A DNA stretch of 64,000 nt, taken from NCBI GenBank assembly GCA_030390025.1, contig JASTWF010000338.1, positions 186,001-250,000 of the forward strand, given 5' to 3'. The stretch comes from Squalus acanthias. Its lineage: Eukaryota. The notes under the pieces were generated by a model, which saw only the letters and a program-made list of their open reading frames with translations, was not told the origin of the DNA and searched no databases. The translations under genes were made by a program, and so were the position numbers. Each line of letters begins with the position of its first letter. The stretch's first letter is position 1. Below are positions 25,931-34,252 of this stretch, piece after piece.

Positions 25931-27594
25931 TGTAGAATTCGCAATTATCACGATTTGATTAATAAGGAGAAAACACAAAGTTTCGTTCAAACAGCTTTTA
26001 TTTCAGCAGAATGCTGTCAGGTTTAAATTGGACACAAGCAGCCTGTAAAATGGCCGCCGCACCGCGTGACAGAACATTCTAGACTTTTTAACAGGCAGAC
26101 AAGATGGCGTTCCAATACACATTTTTGCAAGATCGATAACGATTCAGCACAGTGAAGATAATACCCGAGACATTATGGGTTTGCAGTATAAACATAGATA
26201 CTGAAATCGGTCTCCCAGGTACAAAGGAAAGCCATTGTACCGAGTAATCAAGGGCCCATCCAAAGGACATTAATATGTAAACTCCCAACGGCTCTACGAT
26301 GAGAGAGCCGTTAGCAGGTAGTTATACAGGACACTTGGAAGCCCCAAACCCCTCCAGGGAGAACACCGACCGATTTAGCAATGGGAGAAGTATTAACAGG
26401 TACTCAAACATTCATGAGTAGCCCCGAAACCCATTAAGAACGGAGATCACCCATACAAGACATTTGGGCGCCAAACCCTAAACAAAAGAATGGACATTAT
26501 AGTTGGGCGGGAAACGGAAGATTTTTGCACTATAATTGCAGGCCCCAAACCGTCCATTCGCTCTCTTGACTCTTGTTCTTGATCCTGCATTCGCTCGCTT
26601 GCTCCTGTGTTTTATCCGGTCGATTCGTAACCTCGTGGCTGCTCCTGTGTAAAAGACTGTTGAACTTTCTGATCCGTTCGGATCTACCTCGTGTCGCGTA
26701 ACGAAGACCTATGTTGGTAACTGGCAGCGGAACCAAAGGCCCGAGATGAGATGAGATGAGATGAGATGAGAGGAGAAGAGAAGAAGACCATATCCATCGC
26801 CACGGTCAGTAAATCCCGACCGCGCCTGTAGGTCGATCAGCCAAGTCTTCTCAACAGGAAGTTTTCTTCTTTAAACTTCTAACAAGACATATTGCATCAA
26901 TGATAACTGGACTGTGCAAACACATCGTATCAGTGATATTGACAACGGGGCTCCTCAACTAAACTGTGAAGTCAACCAACAGAGGTCTTCACTACAGCAG
27001 ACGGTCCAGCCTACTAGCCCGAGCAGCAGAAGCCAGTAAACAAGTGGGATCAGGAGATCTCCTGACCGACACGTGGGTGCTGCGGTGAAAAAACATCCGA
27101 TCAGCTATTCGGAATTTCTCCGAGTTATTACGAGTGGTGAGCATGAGTCTCGAGATCCTACGAAGCTAGTTTAGGATAGATATTGATAGGGGAGGGTTTA
27201 AAGATTAAGGATATTTGTAATGTGTGCCCTATTTACGTCGTGCCGTTCGTTCCTCGTTTCCCTAAGAGTGATTATAACCGTTTGTAAGATTGTACTGTCA
27301 TTAATCTGTGCGTATGACATGTATTTCATAATTTTAAGTATCATGCAATAAAGATTTTCCATTTCGTACCGTTCAAACCAAGTCTACATGAGTTTTATCT
27401 CCATTACTGCTCTCGCATCTAAGTCCAGTGTCTAGAACCGTAAGGGAGAGTGATTCGAACCACTCACAGGTGTGTCTAGTGTTCCCAGACTGGCTGGAGA
27501 CCAGGCCTAGACCCGCACTGACATACAGGCTGCACAGAGCCGCGTGAATCTCACAGGCTACGAGACACGCAGGGTCAGGAGAGAATCCCTTACA
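25931..27594 (+). repeat. 5' LTR (1664 bp)
   Basis: Direct repeat of 37026-38689 (offset 11095); no differences seen by eye. Confidence 0.97.
26505..26540 (+). promoter_or_regulatory. Putative LTR core promoter (GC box, ETS-like CGGAAG, TATA-like TATAAT)
   Basis: GGGCGGG 26505-26511, CGGAAG 26515-26520, TATAAT 26531-26536, followed by a pyrimidine-rich stretch. Confidence 0.55.
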
Positions 27595-27598
27595 GAAA

Positions 27599-29410
27599 AT
27601 GGCGACCGCGGCAGGACACTGGCAGCGAGAGGGTAGTGTGTTAGATTTTGGAATGACTGTACGAAATGTTATGCAGGAAAAGATAGCGGATTATGTGTTT
27701 GGAAAGGTTAATCTAACTAAAAAGTGGATAAGCGAATTGTTAGCGGATAAGAGCCCACTAGAGGCAGCTGAAAGGTGGACTGATAGTAAGGAGCATAAAA
27801 AGGCAGTTGAGAAAGCAGTCTGGCTTATGTGCTACAAAAGGCAGGTTCAGATTTCAAACCAGACCAATACAGCGCTAACAGCTCGAATCAAGCATTTAGA
27901 GGAGGAAATGGAGGAGAAGGTTTCTGGAGGGGAGGTGCTCATTAAGAGTTTAAATGAGTTACGCCAGGAAAGCCAGGAAGTCTCCAGTTACCTTAAAACA
28001 AGGGTAGAGTATCTCGAGTGCCAGATCACTGAAGCAAAATTGAACGAGAGTAGGATGAAGGAAAGATGTAACCGCCAAGCTGCCCAGATAAGAACTCAAG
28101 AAGAGAGCTTAATGGGGGTTAGGTCGGCGTATAAGTTGGCCCTTGAGGATAAGTTTCAGGGAGCCGACCATAGCGCCTGCCAAAAAGAGATAGAGAGCCT
28201 CAAAAAGGCCGTGAATAATGCGAACGGCATGGTGTGCCTTATCAATCCGTCGGCGCGCCAGCCGCTAGTAAATGAGAGATTTAGAAATTCCCCACCAAGT
28301 AAAGCAGAAGAAGTAGTAGCCACTGCGCCCTCCGCGCCACCCAGCTATTCAGAAACCTGGGTTAGGGAGGAAGCAACGGAAGAAACAAAAGAGCCCGTTG
28401 AAAAGGAAGTAGAAAAGGGATCGTTGTATCCAGTAACGGGGATTAAAAGGGGCCCAAGCAGAAACGGTGGGGAAGAACCGGGGGATCTCCTCGGACAGCT
28501 GGTGTTGCCTCACAGTTCACATCAGCTGAGAGCCATGATAAACCACGTAAGGAAGCTGACCGAGATAGACGACCCTTCCGTACATTTCAGGGAAGTTGAG
28601 CAAGCCGCAGCCATTAACGGCTGCGATGATGGGGAGACAGCAAAAATGCTGCTGTTCTCATTAGACAGCTCGGTCCTTCAGTGTCTCTCAGGCGAGAGCA
28701 AGAGGGGAAATAAAAGTTATGAGGAATTGAAAAATGAGGTCCTAGAAGTAGTGGGAGCGAACGACGGAGGTCCGTTTGCTAGAGTGGGACAGACAGTGCA
28801 GATGGAGGGAGAACCCCCGAAGGTTTTTGCCGACAGGCTGTGGCCAGTATATGAGCGCAGCTGTCTAGGTGCGCCCGAGCGCGAAGATGTGGAAGGCGCC
28901 GCTTTAATTCATTGGCTTAGGTGCATAATAGCCAACAGTTTACCAGCCGTTAGAGAGCAGGCAAAAGCCTGGTTCGATCCCAATGACCTCAACCTTACGG
29001 AAGAGTCGGTCCTGAATCGACTCACGTTAGGTTACCGTAACATAAGGGGTATGACGACACGTCCCTTTAAGGGAAGAGTACATGAGGTACGACCCGCAGC
29101 CCCAGCTCAGAGAGAGTGGCATCAAGAGGGTAATCGCGCCCCACAGGCAAGTAATGCCTGTTACGGGTGTGGGAAGACAGGGCACTGGCGCAAGCACTGC
29201 AGGAACCCTTGGAAGGATTCCAAGGATAAAAATCCCGCGGTCCGAGCCCAGGCGCCTGTCCCGCCTAAGGAAGCAAAGGCACCCACCTCCCCCGACGACC
29301 TCGAAGCAGTGTTAGGAGTCATGCGCAAGATGGTTTTGAATGCGCGTGGACAGGTGGCGGTCGCAACCGGCCCCGTAGGTGCCGCAGGACCGTCTAATAG
29401 TGCCCCATGA
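27599..29410 (+). CDS. gag: Gag polyprotein (603 aa): N-terminal coiled coil, PSAP/PPSY late domains, capsid-like region, CCHC knuckle
   Basis: Heptad-rich region, TAPSAPPSY, CYGCGKTGHWRKHC; position directly after the LTR. The start codon could be a downstream ATG. Confidence 0.9.
   Translation: MATAAGHWQREGSVLDFGMTVRNVMQEKIADYVFGKVNLTKKWISELLADKSPLEAAERWTDSKEHKKAVEKAVWLMCYKRQVQISNQTNTALTARIKHLEEEMEEKVSGGEVLIKSLNELRQESQEVSSYLKTRVEYLECQITEAKLNESRMKERCNRQAAQIRTQEESLMGVRSAYKLALEDKFQGADHSACQKEIESLKKAVNNANGMVCLINPSARQPLVNERFRNSPPSKAEEVVATAPSAPPSYSETWVREEATEETKEPVEKEVEKGSLYPVTGIKRGPSRNGGEEPGDLLGQLVLPHSSHQLRAMINHVRKLTEIDDPSVHFREVEQAAAINGCDDGETAKMLLFSLDSSVLQCLSGESKRGNKSYEELKNEVLEVVGANDGGPFARVGQTVQMEGEPPKVFADRLWPVYERSCLGAPEREDVEGAALIHWLRCIIANSLPAVREQAKAWFDPNDLNLTEESVLNRLTLGYRNIRGMTTRPFKGRVHEVRPAAPAQREWHQEGNRAPQASNACYGCGKTGHWRKHCRNPWKDSKDKNPAVRAQAPVPPKEAKAPTSPDDLEAVLGVMRKMVLNARGQVAVATGPVGAAGPSNSAP
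27600..27617 (+). promoter_or_regulatory. Putative primer-binding site (tRNA-Ser-like, imperfect)
   Basis: TGGCGACCGCGGCAGGAC, 5 nt after the LTR. Shares TGGCG....CGGCAGGA with the complement of the vertebrate tRNA-Ser 3' end. Confidence 0.6.
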
Positions 29411-32400
29411 CTAGAACCAGCACAGCCCGTCTACCTGTGTCCGCTCAGCTATGATGCGTGGAGGCGACCTGTGGTGGAGATGGAGGTAGAGAAACAGAAG
29501 GGCAGTTATTTGTTGGATACGGGAGCTTCTTGCACCATAATCCATACAGATGACCCTTTTGACTCGCCGCTATCTACCAAGGTCCCATTCACGCTAGCAG
29601 GGTTCACAGGGAAAGAACAGGCTGGCACGTTTTCCCTCCCGCTATCCATTCGTTTAGGAACACTTCGCCTTAAGTGGAAGTGTATACTGATGGCATGGCA
29701 AAAGGGGGGTGGAAGAGGTATTCTCGGGTCCGATCTCCTAGCGGGACACGGGATCCTCGTGGACCTCAGAAATCACTGTCTCTGGGGGGCTAAAGGTGAA
29801 AAAGGCGAGGTAATGGTAATTCAAGGGGAGGAAGAAACAGGGGTCCTGTGTACCGTACAGCCATCCGGAGGCTACGACCTCAGGCTTATGGTCGCAGATG
29901 TCCCAACGGACATGCAAACGTACGTGACAGATAATATGCACGCGTTTGCAACCCACAAGCACGATTGTGGGAGGGTGGTCGGGTTTGAGGTCAGCGTAGA
30001 TGGGGACCCCATGACCCGACCCCAAAAGCAGTATAACTTCCCCAAAGAAGCAGAACCCGATATGGAGGCAGCAATGTCTTCCTTGGTGCAGCAGGGCGTG
30101 TTGAGGCCGATAGCCACACACGTGAACTCCCCATTATGGCCGGTTAGGAAGCCGGATAATTCGTGGAGAGCCACGGTGGACTACAGAGTCCTCAAGAGTA
30201 ACATTCCCGCCTGCGCGCCCACAGTAGCAGCAGTTGCTGACCTAATAGGGAGCATCCCAGCGTCCGCGACCACGTTCACGGTGCTGGATATCTCGAACGG
30301 TTTTTGGTCCATCCCGCTGCGGCGAGAGGACCAGTACAAGTTTGCCTTTACGTTTAAAGGGCAACAGTACACGTGGAACTGTTTGCCACAGGGTTTCCAC
30401 AATAGCCCCAGTATTTTTCACCAGTGTATGGCAGGAAGTTTAAAGGAGTTTAGTCAGCCCAATCAGATAGTACAGTATGTGGATGATTTGCTCCTATTTA
30501 CGGACTCAAGGGAGGAGCACGGACCACTACTGGACGAGTTATTGGAGCTGTTAGCGAGAAAGGGTTTTAAAGTAAACCCAAAGAAAGCACGTATCGGTCA
30601 GCAGGAAGTAAAATTCCTGGGGCTGACCCTACGCGCTGGGGAAAGAGCCATAGACAAAGCAAGGAGGGAGTCGGTGCAAGAATTACCGATTCCCAACAAC
30701 GTAAGGGGTGTGAGGTCCTTCTTGGGACTGACCGGTTACTGCAGGGATTTTATCGAAGATTATGCGGCCACAGCGGCGCCGCTCCTCCGACTCCTCCATA
30801 AGGGGGTGGAGTGGCTTTGGGACGAGGGCTGCCAAGCAGCCTTCGAGAAGTTAAAAAGGGATCTGCAGACCGCGCCAGCCTTAGGGGCCATAGATGGGGG
30901 GAAGGAGTTTTTCCTGGAGGTAGCTGCCAGCGGGGACAGCTTAAGCGCCGTACTGCTCCAAGAGCGTCACGGCAAGCTGAGGCCGGTTGTCTATTCATCC
31001 AGGGTATTAACGGATGTGGAGAGAAGTTTTTCCAATTGCGAAAGGCACCTTTTAGCCACGCATTGGGCTGTGAAAAGATCAGCGATCTTCACAGGGCTCT
31101 CTCCCATCACTCTCCTCACACATCACACACCAACTAAGATGCTTCTGGATGGGAGGATTAAAGACGGGACCGTAAGCAGCGCACGCATTGCGCGTTGGAC
31201 CCTTCTTCTCTCCCAGTTGGACATCAGAGTAAAAGGTCTTTGCGAGCCCAGGCTTGCGGCCAATTTGGTATACCCCGGTACAGCCCACCGGTGTTCGGTG
31301 GAAGGGGTGTGGGACGTCAACATAGGTTTACGGGCCGGGATACATCCCACTGGGCGCGAGATTTATGTTGATGGGTCTAGCACAGTGTCTGCTGGCGAGC
31401 GACTCACAGGGTGTGGAGTTTATGACCCTGCGGCAGACCTTGCCCTGGCGATCAAGCTCCCTAGCACCATGAGCGCGCAGCAGGCTGAGCTGTCTGCCGT
31501 GGTGTACGTGGTGACCCACCCAGACATTTTCCCAACCCCATACACGATTTGCTCGGACAGTATGTTCACCTGCAATTCGTGTACGGAATACCTGGCCATT
31601 TGGTCCCGCCGCGGATACACCTCCGCGGACGGGCGACCTTTAACGGTGAAGCCCTTGCTGGAAAAGATTTTAGCAGCCGCAGTAGGGGAGGAAGGGGAGA
31701 TTTTCATCCATAAGGTGAAAGCTCACTCCTCCACAGAGCCCCGTGGGGAGGGCAACCGGCAGGCGGATGCGCTAGCCAGGGAGGGTGCCCGCGACGGCAC
31801 TTTCTGGAACCCCTATAGGACCGGACCCATAGCAGCGGTCCGAGGCGGGGACGGGAATACCGGGAACACCAGGGTAGCATTGCCCCTAGACCTTAAGACC
31901 GTCCAAGCCCAGGATCCCGCCCTAAAAGCAGTCCTAAAAACGATTGCTGAGGGGAGGCAGGTAGAAGGTCCGTACAGTACGGCAACCCTCTCAGTTAAGG
32001 AAGGCATGCTGTTCCGCGGGGAGCAGTGGGTTGTGCCGCAGCAGCACAGGAGGGAATTCCTCCAGTTGGCTCACGAGGGACCAGGGGCAGGGCACCCCGG
32101 GCCCGAGGTTACCTGGCAACGGGTAGAGCAAGCGGGATGGTGGCCGGGGCTCAGGGAACAAGTCCGCGAGTTCTGTGCAAACTGTCTTGTGTGCGCTGCA
32201 AATAACCCAGACCCCCAGAAAAGGAAGGTGCCCATGGGACACGTAAGAAGGGTAGAGGGACCATGGCAGTCGATACAGATCGACTATATAGGACCCCTGC
32301 CCACCACCCAGGGAGGTTATAAGTACTGCCTCGTCCTGGTGGATGTGTTTTCCAAGTGGGTGGAAGCCTTCCCTTGTCGAACAGCTACGGCACTGGGTAC

Positions 32401-33934
32401 AGCAAAAATCTTGGTCCGGGAAGTGTTCTCGCGGTGGGGACTCCCCCGTTTTGTGGAGTCAGACCAAGGGAGTCATTTCACCGGCCAGGTGATGCAGAAC
32501 ACCCTCATGCTTTTGGGCATTGAAGGGAAGTGGCACGTAGCACACAATCCCCAGTCATCCGGGATTGTCGAACGTATGAACCGGACCCTGAAGGAGAAAT
32601 TGAGGAAAGAGACTAGGAACTCGCCCCAAAAATGGGCGGAAGTTCTGCCTTTAGTCCTCATGGGGGTCCGGGCCAGTCAGTCAAAAAGTACGGGGTACTC
32701 CCCGCACGAGGTAATGACCGGCAGGCTCATGCGAACCCCCACCCATGTGCTAGCCCCGGTGCTCACTGAGGGTCAGCTTCAAGAGATCAGCAGGGACAAG
32801 TTCGCCCAAACTCTCTTGGAGCGCCTGAAGCAAGTTTATGAGCAAGCGGCTGGGAACATGGGAAGGCAGCATCAGGGCAATCGCTTGTTGCTGGAACCCC
32901 GCAAAACGCGGGAATGGGAAGTAGGAGACCAGGTCATGGTCAGAAACTACGCCAGAGTAGGGAGTCTGGAACCACTGTATATGGGACCCTACAACATTGT
33001 AGACAAGGCGAGTCCCATGGTTTACGCCGTAAAAGTACCTCGGCGCACTAAGTGGTTCCACATAAACCAATGTAAACTGTACCAGCCGGGTGCGCAGGGG
33101 AAAACTACAGGGGTAAATCCCGCCAATGGGAAAACACAGCCCCAGGTAGGACCACAAGGCACACAGGCAGGCGTAGCAGCTTGCATCAGGGGAAGGGACA
33201 TCCCGGACGATCATGCAGCGTTTTTCTGGAGTTGGGGGTTAGATGACGAAGAACCCAGGGTACCCTGGTCAGATGAGGATAGTGCAGATGAGCATAGTGA
33301 TGATGACGGGTGGTTCCTGAGGAACGGTCTGGGAGGATTGGGGCCGATAGGTAGAGATCCACACGGGGTGGACACACAAGCTGCAGGTCCCGACAACAGG
33401 AGGGAGGAGCTAGAGGAGGCAGGGCCAGCCGCTATAGGAGCACAGAGAGTACCCATGTGGTTCCCAGAGGTGTGGCCGCCCGCTTTGAACGTCCAGTCCT
33501 CAGGGGAGGCAGAGATCACGAGTGAAGGGCCGCCTGCTGGGCCGAGCAGGGCGGAGCCACGAAATGCCAGCCCCGAGGTTAGGGAGGCGGAGTCAGCGGA
33601 GGCGGAGCCGGCGACTGTGATGAAACCCCAGGTCATCCCGTTGGAGGTCTCGGAACCCGGTCCGTCCGTCACGGAACCCCCGCCCATAGCAACTCCCCGT
33701 AGGTCAAGCAGAGAACCCCAGCCCAGGAGGATGTGGTCATGTCCCCAGACTGCCCCAAGGCGTAAAATTCAGGTTAAGATAACCCGGGTAGAGACAGGCC
33801 ACATCGCAGCAGTAACAGGCTGCGGCAGATCAGAGGAAAGGGTCAGCGCAGCAACAGGCTGCGGCAGATCAGAGGGAAGGGTCAGTGCCCTCCCACCGTC
33901 GGGAAGAGCTCGCAGCAGCCTTCTCAGAATTTAA
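29411..33934 (+). CDS. pol: Pol (protease, RT, tether, RNase H, integrase, C-terminal extension), in frame with gag
   Basis: LLDTGAS, LPQGFHNSP, YVDD, YVDGS..AQQAEL..SDS..GNRQAD, HHCC, QIDY..SDQG..VERMN and GPY. Open from 29411 directly after the gag TGA. Confidence 0.95.
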   Translation, partial: LEPAQPVYLCPLSYDAWRRPVVEMEVEKQKGSYLLDTGASCTIIHTDDPFDSPLSTKVPFTLAGFTGKEQAGTFSLPLSIRLGTLRLKWKCILMAWQKGGGRGILGSDLLAGHGILVDLRNHCLWGAKGEKGEVMVIQGEEETGVLCTVQPSGGYDLRLMVADVPTDMQTYVTDNMHAFATHKHDCGRVVGFEVSVDGDPMTRPQKQYNFPKEAEPDMEAAMSSLVQQGVLRPIATHVNSPLWPVRKPDNSWRATVDYRVLKSNIPACAPTVAAVADLIGSIPASATTFTVLDISNGFWSIPLRREDQYKFAFTFKGQQYTWNCLPQGFHNSPSIFHQCMAGSLKEFSQPNQIVQYVDDLLLFTDSREEHGPLLDELLELLARKGFKVNPKKARIGQQEVKFLGLTLRAGERAIDKARRESVQELPIPNNVRGVRSFLGLTGYCRDFIEDYAATAAPLLRLLHKGVEWLWDEGCQAAFEKLKRDLQTAPALGAIDGGKEFFLEVAASGDSLSAVLLQERHGKLRPVVYSSRVLTDVERSFSNCERHLLATHWAVKRSAIFTGLSPITLLTHHTPTKMLLDGRIKDGTVSSARIARWTLLLSQLDIRVKGLCEPRLAANLVYPGTAHRCSVEGVWDVNIGLRAGIHPTGREIYVDGSSTVSAGERLTGCGVYDPAADLALAIKLPSTMSAQQAELSAVVYVVTHPDIFPTPYTICSDSMFTCNSCTEYLAIWSRRGYTSADGRPLTVKPLLEKILAAAVGEEGEIFIHKVKAHSSTEPRGEGNRQADALAREGARDGTFWNPYRTGPIAAVRGGDGNTGNTRVALPLDLKTVQAQDPALKAVLKTIAEGRQVEGPYSTATLSVKEGMLFRGEQWVVPQQHRREFLQLAHEGPGAGHPGPEVTWQRVEQAGWWPGLREQVREFCANCLVCAANNPDPQKRKVPMGHVRRVEGPWQSIQIDYIGPLPTTQGGYKYCLVLVDVFSKWVEAFPCRTATALGTAKILVREVFSRWGLPRFVESDQGSHFTGQVMQNTLMLLGIEGKWHVAHNPQSSGIVERMNRTLKEKLRKETRNSPQKWAEVLPLVLMGVRASQSKSTGYSPHEVMTGRLMRTPTHVLAPVLTEGQLQEISRDKFAQTLLERLKQVYEQAAGNMGRQHQGNRLLLEPRKTREWEVGDQVMVRNYARVGSLEPLYMGPYNIVDKASPMVYAVKVPRRTKWFHINQCKLYQPGAQGKTTGVNPANGKTQPQVGPQGTQAGVAACIRGRDIPDDHAAFFWSWGLDDEEPRVPWSDEDSADEHSDDDGWFLRNGLGGLGPIGRDPHGVDTQAAGPDNRREELEEAGPAAIGAQRVPMWFPEVWPPALNVQSSGEAEITSEGPPAGPSRAEPRNASPEVREAESAEAEPATVMKPQVIPLEVSEPGPSVTEPPPIATPRRSSREPQPRRMWSCPQTAPRRKIQVKITRVETGHIAAVTGCGRSEERVSAATGCGRSEGRVSALPPSGRARSSLLRI

Positions 33935-33978
33935 AGGGGCCGCCCTGAGAACGGGCGGCACTGTAAAGTTATTAGTTT

Positions 33979-34065
33979 AAGGTTTTAAGTTTATAGTTCA
34001 AGGTTAAGGTTTTAAGTTTATAGTTCAAGGTTAAGTTTTAAGTTTATTAGTTCAAGGTTAAGTTT
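33979..34065 (+). repeat. Three tandem ~27-bp T-rich repeats in the pol-env spacer
   Basis: AAGGTTTTAAGTTTATAGTTCAAGGTT x3. Confidence 0.85.
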
Positions 34066-34252
34066 GTAGTGTTTTAACAGATAACGATAAAATGGTGGGA
34101 GTTTTAAGGCTAGGTTTTAGAGGAAGTCTATTCAGCAAACGTTGAAGTTTACGTGAGGCGAGGTCAGGGGACCCGCTCACCTTTCACAAAAGCCAGAGAC
34201 TTTTTGCGAGGCTGGCTACCTCATTCTATCTGATCACAGGAACCAAGGAAGG

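Noticed and set aside
26088..26736. Antisense ORFs in the LTR (66 and 68 aa, repeated in the 3' LTR)
   Set aside because: Short, non-ATG starts, no recognisable motifs; duplicated only because the LTR is duplicated.
32750..33687. Antisense ORFs (154 and 158 aa) opposite pol
   Set aside because: Expected shadow ORFs in GC-rich coding sequence; no independent evidence.
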